Shown here: piece after piece, positions 1 to 8,306 of the stretch
Numbering within the stretch: position 1 is the stretch's first letter
How the letters are laid out: each line of letters opens with the position of its first letter
Source: Deltaproteobacteria bacterium
GTDB taxonomy: Bacteria > Myxococcota_A > UBA9042 > CAIXZC01
Assembly: GCA_016875215.1 (NCBI GenBank)
Contig: VGRX01000001.1
Span: forward strand, 11,312-75,311
Reading direction: 5' to 3'
Length of the DNA stretch: 64,000 nucleotides
The notes under the pieces: generated by a model
The model's database searches: none
The model's input: the letters and a program-made list of their open reading frames with translations, nothing else
Told to the model about the DNA's origin: nothing
Program-made: the position numbers and the translations under genes

Positions 1-534
1 TCCCAGGCCGTCCCCCTGCTCGGGCCCCTCCCGCCCCACCATGAGCTTCTGGCCCACGTGCAGGAACTGGGTTACGCCCAGGGTCTCCAGCATGAGCGAC
101 GACATCTCCAGCAGCTCAGGCTCGTCCAGAGAGAGCCCGGCCAGTGCAAATGCACCCATCAGGCAGAAGCCGAACGCGCTGAAACGCTCAGTGGTCAGGC
201 GGGGGAACACGTTGTCCAGAAGCCGGGTCCGATGGTCCTGGATCCAGAATTGGAGTCGGGCATCGGGAGAAGGGTCGGTCGGCGCCATGAACGCCAGGGT
301 CCCCGCTGCCGTGAGTCCCGCGGCCGCCCAGTCCCGGCCATCCCAGTACACCACGCTGACGGTCGTTCCCGCCAGCGAGGAGAAGAAGCGGGGCACGATG
401 TGGGCCGGATAGCGCAGATCGTCCGACTTGTAGAAGGGGCGCCGGGCCTCGTTCCGCACCGCTCCGGCCTGGGTGGCCGCACAACCGGCTGCCACCGCCA
501 TCAGAAGCCCGATCGTCGCCAGCCGCAAGCCCAC
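1..534 (-). CDS. hypothetical lipoprotein, N-terminal part (gene continues beyond window start)
   Basis: Stop-free minus-strand frame over 1..534. GTG start (534) is 7 nt after a GGGGAGG SD. N-terminus VGLRLATIGLLMAVAAGCAATQ is a signal peptide with lipobox. No recognisable family. Confidence 0.4.
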   Translation of the reverse strand, partial: MGLRLATIGLLMAVAAGCAATQAGAVRNEARRPFYKSDDLRYPAHIVPRFFSSLAGTTVSVVYWDGRDWAAAGLTAAGTLAFMAPTDPSPDARLQFWIQDHRTRLLDNVFPRLTTERFSAFGFCLMGAFALAGLSLDEPELLEMSSLMLETLGVTQFLHVGQKLMVGREGPEQGDGLG

Positions 535-669
535 GACGCCTCCCCATCGTTCCGCTCCGTGAGGATAGCGCCACGATTGTCCCCTGTCGACCCGCAAAAA
601 AGAACTTGCAGAGCGCCGCAGCCGGCGGCATGGTTGACACGTCACGGTCCATCGCTCACGGAGGATGCC

Positions 670-777
670 ATGGGAAAGCAGAAGGAAGTCAAGAAAGAGA
701 ACAAGAAGAAGCCGCAGAAGACCGCCAAGGAAAAGCGGCAGGAGAAGAAGGACAAGAAGGCCGGAAAGGGCGCATAG
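670..777 (+). CDS. small Lys-rich basic protein (35 aa: MGKQKEVKKENKKKPQKTAKEKRQEKKDKKAGKGA)
   Basis: ATG at 670 preceded by GGAGGA SD (4 nt spacer). Locally AT-richer than surroundings. Extreme K/E composition; family unknown. Confidence 0.35.
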   Translation: MGKQKEVKKENKKKPQKTAKEKRQEKKDKKAGKGA

Positions 778-914
778 CAGCTGGGTCGTCAGCCCCCCCT
801 CTCATCTTCGCGTTCGGGCAACAGCATGCGCGCTGTCCAGTTCGACTGGACGGCAAGGCTCAGGTATACTGCCGCCACCGTGCACCGGCACAAGCTGGTG
901 CACCCGGAGGTACC

Positions 915-3713
915 GTGTCACTTTCTCCTCTTGGAATCACCGTTCTGTGTGGCGTGCTCGTTCTCCTCGGGGGGTGCGGCTCTGAAAGCAACTGTCCGTT
1001 GCCCTCCTGCCAGGATGCGTCCCGTCAATGTCCCGACGCCGCCTCGTATCCTCCCGTGGGCAAGGATGCGCTGGAGCCCGACCTCCCCGGCGCCGATGCG
1101 ACAGGCATGGACGCCGCCCCGGAAACCGGTGCCGATGGACCGGCAATCGACGTTCCCCCGGCCTATCCCGCCCTCCGTCTGAACGAAATCAACTGCCATG
1201 GCAGAGACTGGATCGAGCTGGTCGGCGAATCGACTGCGGAGAGCGGCTTCCTGGCGGGATACGCAGTGACCGACGACCTCGACGACCCGGACGACCGCTT
1301 CTTCCTGGCCCCGGACGCGCTCCTGCTGCCGGGCGGCCGGTTGGTGCTTTCCCGCCAGACCGAGGATGAGGACGGCTTCCTGTTCGGAATCCGCTGCGGC
1401 CTGGACACGCTCTACCTCGTGGCACCGGACGAAAGCATCGCAGACGAGGTGAGCCCCGGGCTCGCCCCCGAAGGCCGGACCTGGGGACGCCTTCCCGATG
1501 CGACCGGAGGCTGGACCGTCACGGCCGCCACTCCGGGGGACCCGAACGAAGCGGGCCCCGACCTCGACGCCCTGGTCTTCAACATCGGTCGCGTGGCCAC
1601 CATCGACATCACCCTGCCGCCTTCTTCGGTGGACTCCCTGTGGAACGACCCGAGGACCTTCGTCCCGGGAACGTTCACATACCAGGCCGACGACTTCGAG
1701 TCGGGCGAGCTGCCGGTTGCGGTCCGAATCAAGGGGAAGTGGGGGTCGTTTCGCGACCTCAACGGCAAGGCGGCATTCCGGGTGCGCTTCAACTGGGACT
1801 CCCCCGAGGGCAACTTCCTCGGCCTCCAGAACCTGACCCTCAACAACATGGTCCAGGACCCGTCGATGATCCACGAGGTGCTGGCGTACCGCCTGTTCGA
1901 CGCGGTCGGGGTGAACGCACCCCGTACGGGCTATGCCTGGGTGCGGGTCAACGGCGCGGACTACGGCCTCTACCTCACGCTCGAGCGGTACGACGACGTG
2001 TTCCTGACCGGCCACTACCCTACGACGCAGCACCTCTACGAGGGGGAGTACGGAACCGACGTGGTCCCGGGCAACAGCACGGTGTTCGACGTCGACGAGG
2101 GAAGCGTGGAGGACCGGGAAGATCTCGAGACCCTGGCCGACGTGGCGTGGAACACCGAGGATTCCCACTGGATGTCAGCCATGGATGCAGTGGCCGACCT
2201 GGAACAGATGACCCGCATGTGGGCGGTCGAGCAGTTCATCGGCCACTGGGACGGCTACGCTCCTACCATCAACAACTACTTCCTCCACAGCGACGATGCC
2301 GGCCGGTTCGTCATGCTCCCCTGGGGAACGGACCAGACGTTTGCCGACTTCCGTGACTACTTCTCCGGCAGCGGCTACCTGTTCCAGCGCTGCATGGGCG
2401 TCGGCCAGTGCGGGTACACCTTCGTCATGGGTCTTGCACTGATCAGCGACGTGCTTCCCGGACTCGAGCTGGACAAGCTTGCGCAGGACCTGTCGGCATT
2501 GCTGGCACCCTATGCCGAGGCCGACCCGAGAAAGCCCTACTCGTTCGAGCAGGTGGGGCAGCACGTCGAGGCCACCCGGGATTTCCTGGTGAACCGCAAG
2601 ACCAACCTGGACGAGATCCTGGCCTGCTACCTGTCACCAGGCTATGACACGGACAACGACGGCTTCGGCTGCGGTGCCGACTGCAACGACATGGACCCGG
2701 ACATCCACCCTGGCGTGCCCGAGATCTGCGGCGACCAGGTCGACCAGGACTGCAACGGCTGGGTGGACGACGGCTACGACTGTCCCGATTGCAAAGAGGA
2801 GTACCGAGGGACTCACCGATATCTGATCTGTCCCGTCCCCCGGCCGCACTCCATGGCCGTCCAGCATTGCATCGACTATGGCAGTGCCCCCATCGTGCTC
2901 AACGACTTCACCGAGGAGCAATGGCTGCGCAGCCGCCTCCCGGCCTATCCGCTCGATACCCTCTGGCTCGGCCTGACCGACGAGGAAGAGGAAGGACACT
3001 TCGTATGGTGGGGCGGGCTCGAGCCGCCGTACGTGAGCTGGAACCCGGGCGAGCCCAACGACTGGGGTGGAGAGGATTGCGTCCAGCTCCTCGTGTGGGG
3101 CCAATGGAACGACCTGCCGTGCGATGCCGAGCTGCCGGTCGCGTGCGAGGACCCATGCCCTGAAGGGCTCGACATCGACGGCGACGGCTTCGGCCCTTGC
3201 GACCTCGACTGCGATGACGGGGATCCTACCGTGTATGCGTATGCACCCGAGATCTGCAATGATGGGATCGACCAGGATTGCTCCGGTGCGGACAACGACG
3301 CCCCCAACTGCCTGGGCGGCGACGCCAAACCGCTCCAGCCGATCATCAACGGCGACATCTTCTACTACCTGCCCGGCTCCATTTCCAGAGAGCTGGCCCG
3401 CCAGGTTTGCCAGACCCAGTTCTGGGGCGGGGATCTCGCCTGGTTCGAAACCAAGAAGGTCCAAGACCAGGTCCGGGCCGCGCTCGATGCGGTGGCACCG
3501 GGCAGCGAAGTGTGGTTCGGCCTCAACGATCTCGATGTCGAAGGGGCATACGTCTGGGCGGACGGCAAGCCAACGACCTACACCGACTGGGCCAATGGCC
3601 AGCCCAACAACAGCGGAGAGCAGGACTGCGTGCGCATGCTCGGCGACGGAAAGTGGAACGATACCGATTGCAAGAACCAGCATCCCGCAATCTGTCGGAC
3701 GGTGGCCCCGTGA
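915..3713 (+). CDS. secreted CotH kinase-family protein with lamin-tail-like domain, Cys-rich Asp-box motifs and two C-type lectin domains (lipoprotein)
   Basis: GTG 915 after GGAGG; signal/lipobox VLVLLGGCGS. The segment LNEINCHGRDWIELVG is LTD-like. The segment LQNLTLNNMVQDPSMIHEVLAYRLFDAVGVNAPRTGYAWVRVNGADYGLYLTLERYDDVFL matches the CotH family. WLGLTDEEEEGHFVWW...NPGEPNDWGGEDCVQL...CDAELPVACE and VWFGLNDLDVEGAYVWADGKPTTYTDWANGQPNNSGEQDCVRM are C-type lectin domains. The long ORF track start at 606 is rejected in favour of the signal-peptide start. Confidence 0.75.
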   Translation: MSLSPLGITVLCGVLVLLGGCGSESNCPLPSCQDASRQCPDAASYPPVGKDALEPDLPGADATGMDAAPETGADGPAIDVPPAYPALRLNEINCHGRDWIELVGESTAESGFLAGYAVTDDLDDPDDRFFLAPDALLLPGGRLVLSRQTEDEDGFLFGIRCGLDTLYLVAPDESIADEVSPGLAPEGRTWGRLPDATGGWTVTAATPGDPNEAGPDLDALVFNIGRVATIDITLPPSSVDSLWNDPRTFVPGTFTYQADDFESGELPVAVRIKGKWGSFRDLNGKAAFRVRFNWDSPEGNFLGLQNLTLNNMVQDPSMIHEVLAYRLFDAVGVNAPRTGYAWVRVNGADYGLYLTLERYDDVFLTGHYPTTQHLYEGEYGTDVVPGNSTVFDVDEGSVEDREDLETLADVAWNTEDSHWMSAMDAVADLEQMTRMWAVEQFIGHWDGYAPTINNYFLHSDDAGRFVMLPWGTDQTFADFRDYFSGSGYLFQRCMGVGQCGYTFVMGLALISDVLPGLELDKLAQDLSALLAPYAEADPRKPYSFEQVGQHVEATRDFLVNRKTNLDEILACYLSPGYDTDNDGFGCGADCNDMDPDIHPGVPEICGDQVDQDCNGWVDDGYDCPDCKEEYRGTHRYLICPVPRPHSMAVQHCIDYGSAPIVLNDFTEEQWLRSRLPAYPLDTLWLGLTDEEEEGHFVWWGGLEPPYVSWNPGEPNDWGGEDCVQLLVWGQWNDLPCDAELPVACEDPCPEGLDIDGDGFGPCDLDCDDGDPTVYAYAPEICNDGIDQDCSGADNDAPNCLGGDAKPLQPIINGDIFYYLPGSISRELARQVCQTQFWGGDLAWFETKKVQDQVRAALDAVAPGSEVWFGLNDLDVEGAYVWADGKPTTYTDWANGQPNNSGEQDCVRMLGDGKWNDTDCKNQHPAICRTVAP

Positions 3714-3722
3714 TAGGCAGTA

Positions 3723-3796
3723 GACAGTGGGGATATCCCACACAGCCCCGACCACGCAGCAGCGGACAGTGGGGATATCCCACACAGCCCCGACCA
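3723..3796 (+). promoter_or_regulatory. two direct copies of a 34 bp unit, each containing the palindrome GTGGGGATATCCCAC, immediately upstream of mntP; putative twin operator
   Basis: gacagtggggatatcccacacagccccgaccacgc appears twice (3723-3757, 3762-3796). There is an internal dyad around GATATC. Confidence 0.45.
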
Positions 3797-3853
3797 CGCG
3801 GGAGGGGCCCTCTGCGCACCGGCACGAACCGCAGGCTCTGGCAGGGGAAATAG

Positions 3854-4423
3854 ATGGACCTGGGCGCAGTATTCCTGGTTGCGGTGGCTCTCGGCGTGGA
3901 CGCCCTCGCGGTTGCCACGGCCATTGGCGTCAGTCTGGGCAGGATCTCCGGGAGACAGCTCTTCCGGCTCGGCTTTCACTTCGGCCTCTTCCAGGCGATG
4001 ATGCCCGTCCTCGGCTGGCTCGCCGGCGGTGCCGTCGCCGGCTTCGTAGGAGAAATAGACCACTGGGTCGCGTTCTCGCTGCTCGCATTCGTCGCTGGGA
4101 AGATGGGGTGGGAGGCGTTCGGCCACGAGCAGGAGCGACGGACCGATGCGGACCCCACCCGGGGCTGGACTCTCATCCTGCTGTCCGTCGGAACCAGCAT
4201 CGATGCCCTGGCGGTCGGCCTGAGCCTGTCCGTTCTCGGTCTGCCCATCGCGTTCCCCGCCCTGGTCATCGGGATCGTCTGTGCGGTCATGACGGTCGGC
4301 GGCATGCTGGTCGGCAGCCGCATCGGGCTCCGCTTTCCCCTGGCCCGGTTCGCAAACATCCTCGGGGCCCTGATCCTCCTGGGCATCGGCATACGAATCC
4401 TGTTCGAGCACGGAGCCTGGTAG
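3854..4423 (+). CDS. mntP: manganese efflux pump MntP
   Basis: 189 aa, six predicted TM segments. Aligns well with E. coli MntP (DUF204 tandem halves; GVDALAV / SIDALAVG motifs). Confidence 0.85.
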   Translation: MDLGAVFLVAVALGVDALAVATAIGVSLGRISGRQLFRLGFHFGLFQAMMPVLGWLAGGAVAGFVGEIDHWVAFSLLAFVAGKMGWEAFGHEQERRTDADPTRGWTLILLSVGTSIDALAVGLSLSVLGLPIAFPALVIGIVCAVMTVGGMLVGSRIGLRFPLARFANILGALILLGIGIRILFEHGAW

Positions 4424-4718
4424 CTTCCCCGACGCACTGTCGCCTTGCCCCCGGGCGCATCCCCCTCTGGTCCATTTTTTCTACACGAGCGACACCGATG
4501 TCCTGGCCGGATGCGTGCATCGGCCCGTCCCGTGCAGACAGGATTGTCGACCCAGACAGCGAATGCCGCATCACCGCATTGCACAAGGCCCGGCGGCATC
4601 ACGACCACACTCGAGAATCCCCACGTCCGGAAAGTCCGCCTGGGTTGGCACGGGGGTTGCTTCAGGAAGCGGCGGTTTTGGCGGCAGTACACATCAACGC
4701 TCACAGCGGAGGACGGCA

Positions 4719-6323
4719 ATGATGAAGACATTGGCGAAAAGACGGTGGTCTGTCCTGGTGGTTCTGGCGGCAGCGCTGACGCTCACCTCGTGGCTCGGAT
4801 GCGACGGCATCGACCAGGGAGCGCTCGACAACGAGGAGGAGGTGGGGCGGCAGGAGCGCGGCCGCGACACCGGTTGGTACTGGCGTGAGAACGATACCGA
4901 CAGCGCAGGCAACCCGGTCTGGGAGTACCACCCTTTCTACTCCGAGGTCATCCTCTCCCCCGACGGGCTCAACCTGCTGGCCATGGTCCCGGTCCCTGGC
5001 CCGGACAAGGGCTATGACTCGCCCGGCATGATCCTGGCCGTCCAGCCGCTCCCATCGGGGCAGAAGCGGCTCTTCCCCGAGGTCAAGGACATCGCCCGGC
5101 TCAACTTCTCCCCGTCGGGAGACCGGGCCTACGCCCTCGCCAAGGACCTGGGCGGGCTCATCGTGGTGAACCTGCGCAGCTTCGTGCTCGAGAAGAAGGT
5201 GGATCTCCCGGCCCTGTTCGGCGTCGTGGACGTCACCCCCGACGGCAAGTACGCGATCCTCAGCAACCTGCCTGTGGGAGACTGGGCGGAGATGTTCTAC
5301 TCGCCCGATACCCAGACGTGCACTCCCTTCCAGCTCGAAGTCTCGGGCAAGGCGATGAACCACTGCCAGTTCGCGGTCGTCGACCTGGCCACCGGCGAGG
5401 TGAAGACCCACGTCCTCCCCTACCGGCTCCGGGACATCGACTTCTCCCCGGTCGGCGGCGAGGTCCTCTTCACCTACTCCTACTACCAGGAGACCCCGAC
5501 CCTGTTTCTGCCCCACGCGGTCGTGCAGTTCTACTCGCCGTCGCTCAACCAGTTCGTCACCGAGACCGACTTCCCCAACTGTGCGGACGAGCTGGTCATC
5601 GACCCGACCCGCAACGTCGCGCTCCTGAGCCCGACCACCTGCGAAACACCGACCAAGGAGGAGATGGAGCAGAAGCAGCACGACCCCATCTCGGTCATCG
5701 ACCTCGAGACCCGCTCCTTCGTCAAGAACCTGCCCGGCTTCGGGCCCGTAGTCATCGCATCCGACGGCTCTCATGCAGTCGGCTTCACCCGCCGGGACAA
5801 CATGGTCTCCGACTGGGGCTACACGTCCCAGAACACCGAGATCGGCCTCATCGTCGTCGACCTCGAGACCCTCTCGTGGAAGGTCATGGACTACGGAAAT
5901 GACATCCCCACCTATACCCTCTCCCCGGACGGCAAGAACCTGTTCGTCTACGCGGAGACGGACAATGCGCGCCGGCCCATGGGGGACGGACCCGAGGTGC
6001 TCGACCCCTCCGAAGGCATCATCCAGGTCAAGCTCCAGGACCTGTCGTGGAAGACCATCGCCAAGAGCGCCGCCATCGAGATGACCCGCTACGTATGGAC
6101 CGAAGATGGAAGCACCATGTACTTCTTCAGCAAGAAGGGGCTGTTCCGGCTCGACGCCGCAAGCGGCAAGATCAGCCCCATCGCGCTCTACGGGACCCCC
6201 ACGCTCATGAACCTGAGGCCGCAGCAGGACTTCCTGGTCCTCGGGGAGGCCGGGGAGCCGACGTTCTACCTTCTGGACCTCGCAAACGGCATGGAGCAGT
6301 CCTATCTGCCCGTCGGCCTGTAG
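4719..6323 (+). CDS. hypothetical lipoprotein, probable beta-propeller (YVTN-like repeats)
   Basis: ATGATG start after GGAGGACGG; signal/lipobox LTLTSWLGCDG. Repeated SPDG..LxV / YxLSPDGKNLFVY blocks. Confidence 0.6.
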   Translation: MMKTLAKRRWSVLVVLAAALTLTSWLGCDGIDQGALDNEEEVGRQERGRDTGWYWRENDTDSAGNPVWEYHPFYSEVILSPDGLNLLAMVPVPGPDKGYDSPGMILAVQPLPSGQKRLFPEVKDIARLNFSPSGDRAYALAKDLGGLIVVNLRSFVLEKKVDLPALFGVVDVTPDGKYAILSNLPVGDWAEMFYSPDTQTCTPFQLEVSGKAMNHCQFAVVDLATGEVKTHVLPYRLRDIDFSPVGGEVLFTYSYYQETPTLFLPHAVVQFYSPSLNQFVTETDFPNCADELVIDPTRNVALLSPTTCETPTKEEMEQKQHDPISVIDLETRSFVKNLPGFGPVVIASDGSHAVGFTRRDNMVSDWGYTSQNTEIGLIVVDLETLSWKVMDYGNDIPTYTLSPDGKNLFVYAETDNARRPMGDGPEVLDPSEGIIQVKLQDLSWKTIAKSAAIEMTRYVWTEDGSTMYFFSKKGLFRLDAASGKISPIALYGTPTLMNLRPQQDFLVLGEAGEPTFYLLDLANGMEQSYLPVGL

Positions 6324-6426
6324 CGGCCCCCCCCCAAAACAGACCTCTTGAACATTTCGCCTGATGCTGCTAACGATCGGGCGTCATCGGCAGAAACGTT
6401 CACCGCCATCGGCGGAAGGAGGAATC

Positions 6427-7392
6427 ATGGCCGTCAGCTACAAGAAGATCGGGTTGGTCAACACGAGGGAGATGTTTGCCAAGGCCGTTGCGGGCGGCTA
6501 CGCCATCCCCGCGTACAACTTCAACAACATGGAGCAGCTCCAGGCAATCATCCAGGCCTGCGTCGAGGTCAAGTCGCCCGTGATCCTCCAGGTATCGTCC
6601 GGTGCGCGCAAGTACGCGAACCAGACCCTGCTGCGCTACATGGCCGAGGGCGCTGTCGAATTCGCCAAGGAGCTGGGAGGCAACATCCCCATCTGTCTCC
6701 ACCTCGATCACGGTGACACGTTCGAGCTGTGCAAGTCGTGCATCGAGACCGGGTTCAGCTCGGTCATGATCGACGGCAGCCACCACCCCTACGAGAAGAA
6801 CGTGGAGCTGACCCGCCAGGTCGTCGAGTACGCGCACCAGTTCGACGTGACCGTGGAAGGGGAGCTCGGCGTCCTGGCCGGCATCGAGGACGACGTCAAG
6901 GCCGAGAGCCACACCTATACCCGCCCCGAGGAGGTCCAGGACTTCGTCTCCCGCACCGGCGTGGACAGCCTCGCCATCTCCATCGGTACCAGCCACGGCG
7001 CGTACAAGTTCAAGCCGGGCACCAACCCGAAGATCCGCCTCGATATCCTCCACGAGATCGAGAAGCGCATTCCGGGCTTTCCCATCGTGCTCCACGGCAG
7101 CTCTTCCGTGCCTCCGGAAATCGTCGCGATGGTCAACAACTACGGCGGCAAGCTCAAGGATGCCATCGGCATCCCCGAAGAGCAGCTCCGTGAAGCGGCC
7201 CGCAGCGCAGTCTGCAAGATCAACATCGACTCCGACGGCCGCCTGGCCATGACCGCTGCCATCCGCAAGGTGTTCGTCGAGAAGCCTGACGAGTTCGACC
7301 CCCGCAAGTACCTCGGCCCCGCCCGCGACGCGCTCAAGAACCTCTACAAGCACAAGTGCGAGGCCGTTCTCGGCAGCGCCGGAAGGGCGTAG
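6427..7392 (+). CDS. fba: fructose-bisphosphate aldolase class II
   Basis: MAVSYKKIGLVN...HLDHG...GELG... has full-length similarity to class II FBA. SD GGAAGGAGG 6 nt upstream. Confidence 0.9.
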   Translation: MAVSYKKIGLVNTREMFAKAVAGGYAIPAYNFNNMEQLQAIIQACVEVKSPVILQVSSGARKYANQTLLRYMAEGAVEFAKELGGNIPICLHLDHGDTFELCKSCIETGFSSVMIDGSHHPYEKNVELTRQVVEYAHQFDVTVEGELGVLAGIEDDVKAESHTYTRPEEVQDFVSRTGVDSLAISIGTSHGAYKFKPGTNPKIRLDILHEIEKRIPGFPIVLHGSSSVPPEIVAMVNNYGGKLKDAIGIPEEQLREAARSAVCKINIDSDGRLAMTAAIRKVFVEKPDEFDPRKYLGPARDALKNLYKHKCEAVLGSAGRA

Positions 7393-7436
7393 AAGCCGGC
7401 CCAACGCCAGCGACTTGCAAGGCCGGTCTGTTGCTG

Positions 7437-7535
7437 ATGCCGTTGCGGGACACGTCGGACGGCGCCGGTCGGACACGTCGGACACACGAAAGGAAGTCGG
7501 ACTCGTCGGACACGTCGGACGGCGCCAGTCGGACG
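7437..7535 (+). repeat. array of about eight GTCGGAC heptamers (period about 9 bp), organised as two 26 bp direct repeats (gacacgtcggacggcgccRgtcggac) 63 bp apart
   Basis: Read directly downstream of the fba stop; no ORF. Confidence 0.6.
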
Positions 7536-7570
7536 AACGGCCGCTGGTGCGGGGATGAAGACGTACCGTG

Positions 7571-7750
7571 GGTGCGGGCAACCCAACGGCCGATGCGCTT
7601 CCCGGGCCGTGAGTGGCGGACCAGCCCCGGGTTGGCCGGCAGGCCTACCCGGGGTGGAGCAGATGTGCCGCTGGTAAAGGAGGTAGATGGGCCGATGGTG
7701 CGGGCAACCCGACGGCCGATGCGGCGAGACTGACCGTGGGTGCGGGGGAC
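7571..7750 (+). repeat. REP/BIME-like cluster: two full plus one partial copy of the 26 bp unit GGTGCGGGCAACCCRACGGCCGATGC
   Basis: Copies at 7571-7596 and 7697-7722, partial at 7734-7750. The same unit recurs at 12.4, 18.3 and 52.9 kb. Confidence 0.65.
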
Positions 7751-7852
7751 CCCTCGCCACATCCGACTCCGCACTCAGCACGTCATCCTGACGCCCCCGA
7801 CACACGGCCCGCTCCCCTGGCTGTGCCTTTCTGGAGGAGGCGGAAGGACCTC

Positions 7853-8052
7853 GACCTGGGCCCCCGCACGGCCGCAGGTCCAGCGGGCAGTTCCTTCGCA
7901 CGGCCGCAGGTCCAGCGGCCGTTCCTCTGCACGGCCGCAGTTCCAACGGGCAGTTCCCCCGCACGGCCGCAGTTCCAGCGGCAGTTCCTTCGCACGGCCG
8001 CAGTTCCAGCGGCAGTTCCTCCGCACAGCCGCAGTTCCAGCGGCCGTGCGAA
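7853..8052 (+). repeat. tandem minisatellite, about 6 copies of a 31-33 bp unit (cgcacggccgcagKtccagcggScagttccYY)
   Basis: Contiguous units with no intervening unique spacers; non-coding. Confidence 0.7.
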
Positions 8053-8306
8053 CGCAAGAGAGGCCGGGGTCCTTCACTCCCGGCAGGACGGCAGATCTGA
8101 CTTCGCAGGCAGAAGGGCCGGGTCGCTCAGGATGACGTGCCAAGCATGATGGCCGTTTGTTGCCCGCAACCCCAGCCCATCCGAACCTCCTTTGGGACTC
8201 GACCTAAGGCAATGATCCGCCAGATGACGAAGGGGCGGGCAAGGGCCGTTGCGGTCCTTGCCTTCCCAGGCAGCCGGAGAGATACTGTCGTCCAGGGAGG
8301 AAACCC

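Noticed and set aside
918-2168. 416-aa minus-strand ORF inside the CotH gene
   Set aside because: Antisense shadow ORF typical of high-GC DNA. The plus strand carries clear CotH/CTLD homology.
3797-3853. yybP-ykoY Mn riboswitch upstream of mntP
   Set aside because: Sequence too short and lacking the conserved riboswitch helices. The twin palindromes are the notable feature instead.
7853-8052. Possible CRISPR array (regular about 32-bp repeats)
   Set aside because: Units are contiguous with no unique spacers between them. It is a plain tandem minisatellite.
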